Source: Vitrella brassicaformis CCMP3155
Taxonomy: Eukaryota; Protista; Chromerida
Assembly (NCBI GenBank): GCA_001179505.1
Contig: CDMY01000452.1
Coordinates: forward strand, 10,088 to 74,087
Direction: 5' to 3'
Length of the DNA: 64,000 bases
The notes beneath the pieces were generated by a model. That model had not been told where the DNA came from, made no database searches, and saw only the letters and a program-made list of their open reading frames with translations. A program made the position numbers and the translations under genes. Within the stretch, counting starts at the first letter, position 1, and each line of letters starts with the position of its first letter. Below, piece after piece: positions 1 through 12,549 of the stretch.

Positions 1-3000
1 CTTGGGGTCGAGGAGGAGGTCGAGCAGCCGGTCCAGCACGGCCACCACCTTGGCGTCACTGGGGTCAATGTACTTGGTCACCGCACCCAAGTACACCGCA
101 GACGCCATCGCTGCCGCCTCGTTCCTGCACACACCCATGTGTGCCCCACTTTGGTGCGGCGGGGGCGGGGGCGGGGGAGCCTACCTCGATTTGCTGCGGG
201 TTTGTATTTCGATTTGTCTTTCGATGATCTCGAGCATGTGTCTGTAGAAGTCCTTGCCGCAGTCCTCGATGAGCGCATGGCCCACCGACAAGACGCACTT
301 GCGCAGAGGGCTGTCGGGGTCTTCTCGCACGTCGGGCTGCTCCATCCCACACCTGCACACACACCACACACACACACCATAGACAGACAGATGGTGAGCC
401 GCTCACAGATGTGTGTTGTGCGTGTGTGGCTGCTGGGTACTCGAATATGAGTTTGAACATCTCTGCGATCTGTTCCTCGGTGGTGATGAGGCCCTTCTTG
501 GTCAGCGCCACCAGGGCATAACACACACCCTCGCGCACACGACCTGCACAGACGCAAATCAAAGCGGTCCACACGCGCCGCCATTGACAAAAGTTTGGTT
601 GGGCGTGTTCTTTCGCCGACCTCCTTTCTGAACGAAAAGGCGTGCGAGGGCGGTGAGTGTCTGGTTGACGTGGGCCTCTGCCGCCGACTCCTCTTCATCC
701 TCCTCCTCCTCTCCATCCTCTTCACCTTCTCCTTCACGCTCTTCCTTCTCGTCGGCTGGGAGCCGGTCCTTCAGCAGGTGTGACAACGCATCGGCAGTCT
801 GCACACACACAGAGAGAGAGAGAGAGGGACGGGGGTGTGGCTCTCGTCTGTGTGCTGGGAGGGGCTGGGGAGAAGAGGCATACCATTTTCTGGAAGACGG
901 TGGACTGTGCGCTCAGGAAGTCGTAGAAGGACGCCTCGCTGCCGATGTCGGGCTCGATGTCCCACTTCTCCAGCAGATCGCCGGCCGCCTTAGCCGTCGC
1001 CTGCAGGGGCAAAACAAGAAGACATCACACAACGCACAAAGACACACCTGCTGGCTGTGTATGTGTGTGTAGTACCAACCTGGCTCGGGTCGTGTTTGAA
1101 TACGTAGAGGTAGGTGGCGATGGGCAGCAGCGACAGCGGGGCCAGGTCCATCGCACGCACCACCGCATTCCGGATGTCGGCGTCGTCCGTCACGCCGATG
1201 TCCGCCAGCAGAATCAGCGTCAGAGACGTCTCATCGGTTATGAGGTAGCTGCCAATATGCACAGCCACACGTGTGTGCAGGGGCGCGTGGGTGTGTGTCG
1301 GTCATGGCACCTGCACGCTTCGGCAAGGATGTCCCTGCACACGCGCACGAGAGCGGGGAAGCACTTGAGCGCCCCCCCGACGCACTGCAGCACCTCCTCG
1401 CCCTCCATCTGGGCCCTCAGCTTGAGCTGCAGCGCCAGCAGCTGCAGCGACTGCATGCATGCCTTGTCGCCCGCACGCTCTGGGTCGCTCAGGATGGCTG
1501 ACACCACCGGCAGTATCAGGGCCGTGGCTGACGTCGGCAGTGGGGTGCGATCGGACACCTGCAGCACACAGAGTGTTGCGCCAGTGTGATGTCGTGTGGT
1601 GTGGTGTGTCTGTGCGCTTGCTGACTCACCGTTGCGAGTAGCTGGATGGTGTGGTCGTCAACGGGCTTCTGCAGCGCCACGCGCACAAGCGCATCAGGCA
1701 AGTACGACCTATGCGGCACAGCAGCAGCAGGCAGCAGCACGTCGGCCATGACCCGCAGCGCCTTGAGGGTCGCCATGACGGTCAGGGGGCTGCCCAGCAG
1801 CCGCTGCAGCTGAGGCACTATCAATCCAGCCTGGCGACCGAAGGCCTCCGGGTGGGCGCGGCACAGCCTTGCGAGGCCGTCGATGGCGTAGGTGGAGTGG
1901 TCGAGAGTGCGCTGAATGCGTCTGCGTATCTCCGTCTGCTCGTTGAGCTGGTGCTCCTCGATCTCCTTCTTGGTGAGGGGGCGGTGGGGGGCACCGGCAG
2001 CTGAGGGTTTCTTGCCGCCACCGGCACCGCCCTTTGCTGACGGCTTGGGAGCGGCAGATGGCTTCGACTGCGTGAAGGCGAGCAGAAGCACACACAGACA
2101 GAGAGGCACCATTGTCGCATTGTCTCGTGCCTCTGTGCTGTGCTGTGCTGTGCTGACGGGTATTTGTGAAGGGTCGTAGTCTTCGCCATAGAGAGCGGTA
2201 AGGTGTTTGTTTCGCTTGACGTTCTTCTGCTCCACCGCCTGTGCGATGTACACGCCCTCCTCGACGTAGAGGATGCCCTCGGGGGCGAAGTAGATGGGCA
2301 GGTGCTCCGGGTCCTCGCCGCAGATGTCATCCACGTAAAGCTGCGAAGTCAGGTCGCCACACAGACCCTCAGCCGCCTCCAGACACGAGCTCGCCTGCAC
2401 AACAGACACCGAATTGTGGATTCCCTGTCTGTCTCTTTCTCTTTTTCTCTGTGTTGCCCCTTACCGTTGCCATGGATTCGGCCTTGAGCAGCCGGAAGGT
2501 CTCGATGACGGCCAGACAAGCGTCCCTGTACCCCGTGACGTCCTTGCCCTCGATGCTGCCGCCTTTGGCCACCGCCCGCCTCACCGCCCCCCAATGGGGA
2601 AAGTCCCCCCACTCACGCACCATCATCTTGACGTACTGCATGCGGGACACATCGCACGACCCCGTCAGAGGGTGGCACATGCACAGCAGCGCAACCGCCG
2701 TCAAGTCCGGGCCGATGACGTGTGGAAGGGAGGCGCCCAGCGGCTCCATTCCGGGAGGCGGGGGCGGGGCGGTCGGGTCGCTGTCGGGAGCTCTCCGGCC
2801 GCAGATGCGCAGGATGGCTGTGAGGCAGTACCTGAGCGAGCCGGGGTGAGGGGTGTCGATGTGGTGCTTGTGGCCGTTCTCTTGTTGTGGCGGCAGCGGC
2901 TGGCCCCATGGCGGGGGGGCCTCCTTGTTGATGTGGGCAAGGAGGTTGTAGAAGGCGAGCAGCAGGAGGGTGCCGAGGGCGGGGAAGTCGCTGAGCGAGG

Positions 3001-5630
3001 CGAGCTCGGCGTGCAGCCGGAAGGGACGCTGCTTGTCACGGGAGTCACTGATGGCCTGAAAGCCAACAACACACCAACAACACACCAACAATCCGTCCAG
3101 CAACCGACGCCCGTCTCTTTGTCCTGTGACCGACCCCTTTCTGCACGAGCTCCACGATGACGTTGACGAAGGCCCAATGCAGGCCTGTCCACCCCGCGGC
3201 CTTGCCGTTGGACTCATGGACGGATGGCGGGAGGCGGAATGCATCGGAGGCTATGTCTGTGTTGGCTGGGGCTGGGCAGAGGTCGACGCCGCCGAAGACG
3301 GGCGGCCGCCTGTTGAGCAGCTGCACCAGGAACCGAAGCTGCGATTGAAGCTCCCTGGCTGACGCCTGCAGAGAGAGAGAGAGAGAGAGAGAGAGGTCAG
3401 TGGGTGGACGGGACAGTGGTGGAAGTGTTTGGCGGCTGACTTTGTGTATGAGCAGTCTTGTGTTGAGGTATGAGCCCTTGTCTGTGAGGATGGTCATGGC
3501 CTTGGCGTCGATCCTATTGGCCACGCCGTCCAGCTGCACGTCGTCCATGTTGAGCAGCACACGCCACACATCCACACACAAACCCCTACACAGCCACGGC
3601 ACAACACGCCCTACAAATGCGTCAGACTGATGGGTGACCTTTCCGCACCTTTTTGTGTGTTTGGCTGTGGCTTGGGGCAGGATGGCCACGAGCGGATCGA
3701 TGAGCTCCTGCAGGGCCGAGAGATCGTACGAGAACCGCTCCTTGGCGCACATCATGGACACCAACGCCTAGGCAAAGCAAAGGAGCCGAGTGAGTGAAAG
3801 CTCCACCCGTTGGTGTGTCGTCGGGTCGCCTACCTCTACGGTGGCTTCCTTGAGGCGGTCGCTGGCCTTCTTGTCGGCGAGGATGCCTCCCAGCACCTTG
3901 GCGTACTCGTGACAGGCATCCTTGGTCACGCCCTCAAGTCGCATCAACACGCCTACACACACACATACACTCACGGGTCGGTCTGTGTCAGTGTGGTCTT
4001 TCCCCCCTCTCACCTGTGAGTTTGATCCCCGCGGCCCTCGCGTCTTCGCTGCTCTCTGACTTGCAGCACTTGAGCAAATAGGCCCCCCCACTGCCACTCA
4101 GCAGTGTGCGAGCGTACTTCTGCCGCTCGGATCTAGTGCATGGGGCAACGGTCAGGGCCAGCATGGCCTGCACACGCACAGAGAGAGAAGGTGGGTGGAT
4201 GGGCAGGAGTGGTTTCGGAGGTCTGCCGACCTCTAGGTAAGCGAGTCTGTGTGGCGCTTGTGAGAGTGAGCCGCCCTCGAGGGTCGACATCAGCTCACAC
4301 AACAGACCCTCAATCGCTGAACCGTCGCTGCACTGCACTCAGAAACAGAAGGTGAAACAAACAGAAGACGCATCAGAAGACGCATCAGCAGACTGACTTG
4401 GTGTGTATTGACCCACCCTTTCAGTCTGCCTGCCTCGCTCACCTGTGAAGCGACGCTGCAGCAGAGCTGCATCGCATGTTCCCGGGTCTCTGCGCTGCTG
4501 GCCTTGAGCAGCTCAAACACAGCACCGCCCAACAGGGGACGGGCATACCTGCACCACAACCACAACCACAACCACAACCACACACACAGATGCACACGTG
4601 CCGGTGTCGCACCATCCTCAGGCCTCACGTGGAGATGTCGATCTGCAGGAGGTTGGTGAGCTCGATGACGTAGGTCAGCAGGTTGTCGGGGTTGCGCTTC
4701 AGGTACTTGACAATCACCGGCACCATCACCTCACCGAAATCCTGACAGACAGACAGACAGACACACGTCTGGTCAACACGGCCGCCCGTCGACTTCTGCT
4801 GCCTCTTCGCCCCAGACCTGCTCTGTCAGGACGTTGAAGATCGGCCTGAATGCCGCCTGGGTCTCAGGCGGCGCCCTCTTCTTGGCCTCCAGCACACACG
4901 CACAGTACCTCTTGGCGACCGCCGCCCGCACCTCACCCGCCCTCTCCCTCTCAGCCTCGCCATCAGCACCACCCAAACGCCGCTTGGCTGCATGCGATAT
5001 TCGTCGCGCCAGGGCCGTCACCAGCAGCACTGGGGGCGGGTCCTTGCTGTCCACTATCTTGGTCATGATGGCCACTGCCTTGTCGCTGCGAGCCATCAGG
5101 TGCAGCAAAGGGGTCAGCACTGACGGCTGCAGGCTGGTGGGGAGGTCGATGTTGGTCAGGGACGCTTGCAGGGCGGCCGCGACGAAGGTGTCGGCGAGGA
5201 ATGCGTCAGGGTCGCCCTCGAGAAGGAACAGCAGGAAGAGCCGCACGGCCACCGCAAATGCCCGGGGGTCCCCCGTGGTGAGCTTCTTGACGGCCTTGGT
5301 GTGCAGCTTGGCCAGGAAAGGAGCGAACTCCCCCTCCTCCTTCGCAGCCCTCCCCAGCGGCGAAACGAGCTGTCTTGCCAATCCATCCAGCGGCCGGCGG
5401 GACGACACACGGGGCGGCAGGGCGACGACAGCCACATAGGCAGCTCCCTTGAACAGGTCTGGCGTGACAGGCCCCTCCGACAGCACTTCTGTGAGTCGCG
5501 TGAGCGCCGCACGACGCTCCTTAAGGGAACCCGTGTTGAGCTTTTCAGCCGTTTCCTTGAGAAGCGCCTCGTGGTCGGGTGCGTGGCCGTTGGCCGTGTG
5601 TTCTTGTGCGTTGCCGCTGGCCTGCTCCAT
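1..5630 (-). CDS. GCN1: GCN1 (eIF2-alpha kinase GCN2 activator), large HEAT-repeat protein; multi-exon, 3' end runs off the left edge
   Basis: ATG at 5630 (MEQASG; ORF-track start 5642 is a TTG). GT-AG spliced exons give helical HEAT-like sequence plus GCN1-like segments KKPSAAGAPHRPLTKKEIEEHQLNEQTEIRRRI and LGAVTKYIDPSDAKVVAVLDRLLDLLDP. Confidence 0.8.
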
Positions 5631-5893
5631 CCCGATCTGCAAGCAGCTTCTTCTTCGCAGATGACAAGAGAGATCACCGAATTAAAGACGTGCTGAAATC
5701 GATGACCAGCCGCTATCGGGCTTCCTGCATCACCATCTTGAATGCATGGAAGCCAGAGATCTGCACTTCTGCTGCAAGCTTAGCTCGCAGGAGGGTGGCA
5801 GGAGGGAAAGGAGTCGCCGTCCCAGTATACCGTCGGCGTAGGCATCTCAGCGCCTAAGCAGCTCGAATCGCCACAGATCTCGGTTCATCTGCC

Positions 5894-6094
5894 ATGCCGG
5901 AGTGTCCCCGCTTCAAGCTCTATCCCGCCTCATCCCGTGACTCACTCGTCTACGGCACCGAGCGGCCAGGGTATAGCCCAGACAACGAGAAGCCCGGCGC
6001 CGTCGCAACGGAGCTCGTGGATGAGTGGGCCGCGCACATGAAGGAGCATGGCGTGAAGCGCATTCTCTCGCTGCTCGGCGACGATGAAGGTATG

Positions 6095-6125
<31 letters not shown>

Positions 6126-6534
6126 GCGCTCACAGGGATCTGAGGCAGAGAGTCCCACCCTCCCTGTTATGTGGCCCATGTGTGCAGTCGAGTGGTACGC
6201 CGAGCCCATCGAGACCACGCTGGCCAAGCACGGCTTCGACAGCACCCACTACTCCCGCACATCGGTGTTCAAGCCTGGTGCCATGGACGTCATGCTGGCG
6301 GCCTTCCAGGCAGCTGAGGCGGCCAACGAGCGCATCGTGGTGCACTGCTCAGGCGGCACCGGCAGGGCCACTCTCGGCCTGGCCACCTGGGTGGCGACCA
6401 AGTATGGCCTCAGTGCCGAGGAGGCGGTCAATGAGGTGGTGGAGTTCGGCAATGCGACAGGTGTGCCGAGGAAGCTGAGCCCGGTGAAGCTGGAGACGCT
6501 GCTCAAGGACAAATGCCTGCAGGGGAAACACTGA
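5894..6534 (+). CDS. Protein-tyrosine/dual-specificity phosphatase, cyanobacterial-type, 2 exons (intron 6090-6187)
   Basis: Spliced frame GDDE|VEWY; catalytic loop VVHCSGGTGR (CX5R); N-terminal YPASSRDSLVYGTERPGY and EWAAHMKEHGVKRILSLL. Confidence 0.85.
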
Positions 6535-6869
6535 CTGATGGCGGGGGCGAGGGGCTGGCTGGCTGGCTGTCGTGGGTTGGCCGTTTTGTAGTTGGTGGTG
6601 GTTGTGCCTTCCTGGTGTTGCTGCTGGTGCTTATTTATCTTGTGGATGGATGGTTGGTTCTCACGTCTTTTTCGATGAGGCTGACGGGGACGAATGAATG
6701 GACATACATTCATCTGGCTGTCTGTCTGCCTGATGACTGCATTGAATCAAGTTGCAAATCAGCCAGGGTGGTTTGCCGTGTCTATGTGTGTCTCTGAGTG
6801 ATCGGGAGACTATCATGGGTGGCCTGATCAAGTCATGGACGGCTGCAGCCAACCAAACGAACAACTAGT

Positions 6870-7120
6870 CCGCCAAGAACAAATTCTCTCCTCCCGCCAC
6901 ACACGTGTTGCTTTGTCTTTGCCTCTCCCCTTTTGTGTTTCCTTGCCTTTGTGGTGTTTGTGTACTAGGGTGTCTCTCTCTCTCGTGTGTGGTTGGGTAT
7001 CTGGCTCTCTCACTGACGGGTGCGTGTGTATTGGTCGCTTTGTCTGTCTGTGGTGATGTTGTCTGCCCGATTTGGTGTGTGAGAGAGCCGCCAAATGCAC
7101 ACACAGAATCCATCCACGAG
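6870..7120. repeat. Dispersed non-coding repeat, related to ~9230-9420
   Basis: Shared string tctgtctgtggtgatgt..ctg.ccgatt.gtgtgtgaga..ccgccaaatgcacacacaga at ~7045-7107 and ~9353-9412. Confidence 0.55.
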
Positions 7121-7844
7121 CCGATGGTGCTGGTGGAGACGGCGAGAGTGACGAAGGCGGCATCTGCTGGCTGCGAGACGTCAAGCACGCCTCAATCAAT
7201 CGCATGTGGCTGGACGCCTCAGGGCATCGGACCTTGACAGTGCTGCCCTGCTGGTGCTGCTGCTGATAATGCTGAGGGGCTGGCCGTGGTGGCTGGGTCG
7301 GGGCGGCACATGAGGGCGGGCGAGACGACGACAGAGAGGGCCATAGTGATTGACTGCTGGGTCAGAGTCGGTACGAGTACCGGTTTGCTGGACGAGTGGT
7401 GTTTCGGTCAGCGGCTGCTCATTCGCTGGGGCCGGCTGCTCCTGTCTGTTGCTGAGGGGAAGAGGATGGCCTCCTTGCAGAGAACACACAGCAACGGTCA
7501 AGGGACACACACAGCTGTGTCATCGATGTGAGTGGCCCTTATCGGCCAGACGTGTGTGAGACTCACCGGTCCGGTGTGATGACGAGCAGCAGGGCCGCGA
7601 CGGCGGGAGCCAACAGAGACAAACGCACCGTGAGCTGCTGGGAGTCTGCTGGGGGCTTCAAAGGACAGCAGGGGGAGGGGCAGGGGACTCAAAGGAGGTG
7701 AGCACTTTGTCGACAGACAAAAGGAAAAGAAACCCCGATCCTGCAGGAGGCCAGAAACTCCGTCAACCTGGCAGCGCCGAAACAATGTGCCATCAACGGC
7801 CACTGGCAAGCCCGGTTTTGGGTTTTCGCTCGTTTTGCGCCTGT

Positions 7845-10110
7845 GTGTGGCCGTCGGCGAAGCGGTCCTTGTTGTGTTCTCTCTTGTCGGCTTCAGTCGC
7901 CCTCCCCGCTCCCACTCACTGACCAAGGAGGCCTCAGTGATACGGTTGTCTGTGCTGTCCGGATCCCCTGCCGTCCTGTGGCTCGTGGTCTTACTGGCAG
8001 GTGGGCACCGCCCTCACACACCACGCCACTCTGACACCTCTCTGTCTGTCTGTCTCTCTGCTCTGCTGGCCGTCTGTGTGTGTGTGTGGTGTGTGTTGTC
8101 AGCCTTTCCCTCGTGGCTGGTGCAGCTGTGTGCCGCGAGCGGTGCCGGCCTCCTCCGCCCCAACACAGCGCCCACCTTGACCAGCGGCAATGACACCGCG
8201 GCCGGGGCCGAGAAGAGGCGATTGCACCCGCCAGGCGCCGAGTACGCTCACACACACGGCCGGCCAGCCGTGGTCTCTTGACACACGTGGCCGCCTGACA
8301 TTGTCCTGTTTGTTTGTCTGCAGGTGTGTGTGTTCTGCGGAACAGTTTAACCAGGGCCAATGTGACCCCAACACCATACCGATCATCGTCACCGGCCGCG
8401 GCGAGGTGCGCACCCAACGACACTGAGCCCATCGAGGCGATGCATCATTGGACACACACGGGAGGGCCTGTAGTGTGCACTCGTGTGTCGTGTCAGTTTC
8501 GAATCGGGGCCATTTCTATTCAACCCACGAGTCCTGGCCTTGCTTTCGGTGTAGTCGCAGTGGCCTCCATCGGCGGTGACCCCGTGGAGGAGATGGATGA
8601 CAGAGTGGATGACGTCGAAGTGGTAAGCAAAGCGCACCTTCTGTGTGTAGGGCCGTGGATGACCCGACTCAATGTAGAAGGAGTTGCCTGACGGAGTATT
8701 GGGTCAGGGATCCGTCGGCTACATAACAACTATCGAAGTCCTTGAGTTTGAGGTTGACACGTATTTTGTCGACATCATGGTCACATTCATCGAGGGCGGC
8801 ACCACGCGAGTCGAAATAGCAGAGGATTGCGCTTTGCGGGTTGTTGAATGCCTGGATGATGGTGACTGCACTGAGGGAAACATAGGTTTGCGGGTATGTG
8901 ACGACAATAACCTATGTTTCCCTAACCCTGTCCCGCCTTAGACTGTGAGCGTCAGATGAGAGGGACAGGGAGAAATTCATGATGTGTCTGTCGTGTGCCT
9001 ACTAATTTACTTACACACCACCCACACCCACAGAGTGAGATGGACGCTGCTTTTTTTATATGCAGGGACGACGTTGTGTTTCGTGTCGTCTCGCTGTCTG
9101 TCGGTGTGTGTGCAGACGTGACATACACAGAATGGCCGTGGGCGGGCGGGGCAGTGTGTCTGTGCGTTTCGCTGACAGAGAGAGGGAGGGGGTGCGGTGA
9201 TGACGACTGTTGAGTCGGCCTGAATGCGACGATGTGTGCCTCTCGGATGTCTCTCTCTCTCCTTTGTGTGTGTGGGTGTTTTGGCCATCTGACTGACTGA
9301 CTGACTGCTGTGTGGGTGTTGTGTGTCTCTCTGTGCTGCCTCCGTGAATGCTCTGTCTGTGGTGATGTCTGACCGATTGTGTGTGTGAGATCCGCCAAAT
9401 GCACACACAGACACAGAGGGAGGGGGGCGATATCGGCGTGGCGTGTGCGGTTCAGTGAGGCCATCAAATGAGGGCTGCATGCTGGTGTTTTTCTAATGTG
9501 CAGACACACAGGCAGAGAACAAATGTGCCCGACACGCGAGAGGGCTCAGGTGTGTGTGAGGGTGCGGCGGCGGGGTGGGTCAGTGTGTGTGTTTCCACGG
9601 AGGACTGACTGACAGAGAGGGGAGGGGGTGTGGTTGATTTCTGTGTGGCTGGCTCGCTCTCCCTCTGTCTCGCAAATGTGCGAGCGGCCCAGGGAGTGTG
9701 TGCGATGCCCTCGTGGGGCCGTTGATGCGACCCGCCTGACTGGCCGATTGGTGTGTGTGAGGGGGGGCAAAGGCAGACAGCCGGCCGCCTGTGGGAACGG
9801 CTGAGCGGTCGTCATGTCTGTCCGCCTGTCTGTCTGTCCGTCTGTCTGTCGGTCCGTCTGTCTGTCTGTCGCATTGGGTGTGGGGGACACTCGTGAGTGA
9901 TTGTGGGTGGGTGGTGGGCTGACTGTCTGGGGAGAGGGGAGGATGCAGCCATGTCCGTCTGCAGTGGTCAGACAGGTGTGTTGGGGTCTATTATACCCCC
10001 CCCCACACACAGCCAGCCGTGCAATGCACAGACACACACATCTGTACAGTCCATCTGACGAGGAAGGGTGGGAGGGGGGCATTTGGTCAGCGATGGCAGA
10101 CAGACAGACA
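7845..10110 (+). repeat. Segmental duplication copy A (paired with 30075-31990)
   Basis: Colinear similarity over the 5' flank, 5 exons, 4 introns and downstream non-coding DNA (e.g. gatgc.acccgcctgactggccgattggtgtgtgtgag at ~9725 and ~31595). Confidence 0.9.
7940..8941 (+). CDS. Secreted prepro-type hypothetical protein, copy A (5 exons; ATA at the position of the paralog's ATG, so possibly a pseudogene or started from an unseen upstream exon)
   Basis: Introns 8001-8102, ~8242-8323, 8406-8496, ~8623-8675. Spliced frame: hydrophobic leader, AGAEKRR, CSAEQFNQGQCDPNTIP, acidic beta-rich core, C-terminal ECLDDGDCTEGNIGLRVCDDNNLC. Confidence 0.6.
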
Positions 10111-10310
10111 GACAGACAGGTAGGCCGTTAGGTCGTGCGGGAGGACAGAAGGCTCACTTAGAGAAATCTATGTCTCGCCTTTTCTGTTTTGGTGGATGCC
10201 GTGAGATGCGGCATGGGTGTGTGTCTGTTACCACGGAGGTCTGACTGACAGGGAGGGGAGGGGGTGGGGTCACTGTGTGGGGCTGGCTCTCTCTCTCTCT
10301 GTCTCTGCCT
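9580..10310. repeat. ~100-bp local repeat unit (copies at ~9580-9675, ~10215-10310, weaker at ~9160-9260)
   Basis: ccacggagg.ctgactgacag.gaggggagggggtg.gg...tgtgtgg..ctggctc recurs. Confidence 0.55.
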
Positions 10311-10329
10311 TTGTGTGACGGAATCGAAT

Positions 10330-11620
10330 CAAGCCATGGAAATGTCGGAAATATGAAATGTACACAGCCAGCCACCCGAACAACAACCAAACAGCAAGTC
10401 ATGTGTTGTTGTTTGTCTTCTGCCTGTCGATCAGTTTCCCAGCGACAGACACGACAAAGAGCCAACCAACGTTTTGCGCACACGTCCGTCGTGTCCGGGC
10501 CTTGCAGGATATAAAATGTAGGTAGCGATTGAGGGATTCCTCTCCTCCCCTTTCCTCTCTCTCCCTCCTCCGCCACACACGCAGACCACGCATGGCTCAA
10601 ACCACAGACACGCACCACACGATGGCCGGCATAGCTGTGCATTCAACCGCTGCTCTCCCGTTTTCGTCATTTCTTTTTTGTTTTGTTTTTGGTCTTTCTC
10701 CGCGTTCCTGGCTGTCACATCTCAGGCTAAGTCGGCAAAAAACAACAAGGACGGGCCATCTCGCTCGCGCCCCCCCTTCGGCCAGACAGCTTCCATGCAC
10801 AGGGTCAGCCAGGCAAAAAGAGGGCAGGCAGTTGAAAGGAAAAGCAGCCAGTCCATCTATCCAGTCAGTACTTCAATCAGGCGGCTAATGGTGGCGGCCC
10901 TCCCGGCCCCTCCGCCGGAAGGCATATGGGGCGCCTTCCTTCCACAGGTTGAGCTGCTGCTGCTGCTGCTGGGCGGCTCCCTTGTACGCCGGCATGTCCT
11001 CGATCTCGCGCTCCAGGCGGGACTTCTTGGCGGTGCCGTGGCTGGCCTGCTGTCCGTCGCCATCATTCCTCTTGCGCTTGTCCCTCCCGCCGCCCGCACC
11101 CTTGCCCGCCATGCCGCCCGCTGCCGCCTTGAGGCACATGTACTTCTTCCTTGCGCGTCTGTCGCGCCGCTTCTCGCGCGCACACCTCCTGATTGATGGG
11201 TCGATGCACACATAGATGTGTCGATCTCTCTCTCTCTCCACATGGATGAGTGTGTGCGCGTATCAATGAATTGTGTACTTCCCTGTGCCCGCTCTAGGCC
11301 TTCCAGCTTGGCCAACTCATACTGGTGCCGTGCAGAGAAGAGGTCGCGGCTTGCCAGCGCCACCGTGTCGTGCGCTCCAGCTCCAGCTCTTCGATGCGCT
11401 TCGACATCCACTCCAACTCGTCTCCTTACCTGCGTCCATCCATCCATCCATCCATCGATTACATGCATACTCCCTGTCTGTTTGTGTGTGTGTGTGTGTG
11501 TGGTGCTTCCCTCTCTCTGTCGCCCTGCTTACACGTCCAGCCTATCCCGCGCCTTGTGCAGTTCAGCGAAGAGTCGATCGTTCTCCTCCCTAACAACCCT
11601 GCAGAAGAGCAATGAACCGA
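10330..11620 (-). pseudogene. Degenerate coiled-coil gene fragment, partly paralogous to 12900-13270
   Basis: Exon-like pieces VVREENDRLFAELHKARDRLD and ELEWMSKRIEELELER / DTVALASRDLFSARHQYELAKLEGLERAQG lie in different frames. 10945-11030 matches 13095-13170 and 10455-10525 matches 12995-13065, interrupted by ~100-275 bp insertions. Confidence 0.5.
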
Positions 11621-12549
11621 TGTCAAGTCATTCATAGGCAAACACGTATGTGTGCATGTGGGAGGCCTGTTTGTTTGTGCAGAAGAATCGACTCACCGGG
11701 CCACCTCGCTATTGTCTTGAGCTGCTGGCTGCTGAGAGTCGAGCGGACGGCCACAGAGGTCTAGACCAACCTGACATGGCCATTAAAGAGCGGATACCAA
11801 TCACAGCCAACCCGCCATCGGTTGAGATGCATATGGACGGATTTCTCTGTCATCTTTGTGCATTTGTGTGTGTGTGCGGGTGGGTGAGCTGAGGGCGTTT
11901 CGTTCGATGCTTGCTCCCCGTTCCGCGTTGACAGCCAATGACGAGACACCAACTACAGAGAGACAGAGAGAGACACGACTGTCATCGACACACCCACATG
12001 CACACAGACAGATTCCTTGCATGCCCGTCTGTCTGTCGTAGTGCTCTGTATGTATGCTGTGTGCTCACATACATGGCCTTCTGCCTGCCGATTCCCGTGT
12101 TGACGCTGACACGACCTTGGACACAGCATCGGGCACCACGGCTGGAACAGTGCACACACACCTGTAAGGCCATGGACTCTCTCTGTGTGTGTGTCCCTCT
12201 GTCGGTGGACGTGTAGATCTTCTGAGGGTCGGAGGGCAGCTCGCACAGGCGCTGTATGGTGAACGGAGGCCTGCTCACACCAAAACAGACAGAGACAAAT
12301 CAAAATGTAGGGCGTACCCCTTGAGGTTCATGACTGAGCGTGCGACGACATCCACATGACTCTGACGCTCGCGGCTCCTCATCGTGAGCATAATCCTCCA
12401 GCACCACCTGCATGCATTGACGTGTGCAACCAAGCGAGCGACCAGCCAATAAATCAACCAATGAACCACACGTACACCCAAACAGCGACACACACGCCTT
12501 AAGTGTCTCTCTCTGGGTATCGTATCTTTTGTAAGTGAGTTCCTGACCC

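Noticed and set aside
4549-4590. (CACAAC)n, (CA)n, (GACA)n and (GGAT)n arrays as CRISPR-like or satellite repeats
   Set aside because: Simple intronic microsatellites with no spacers; they generate the many CVCVCV/HTHTHT ORFs.
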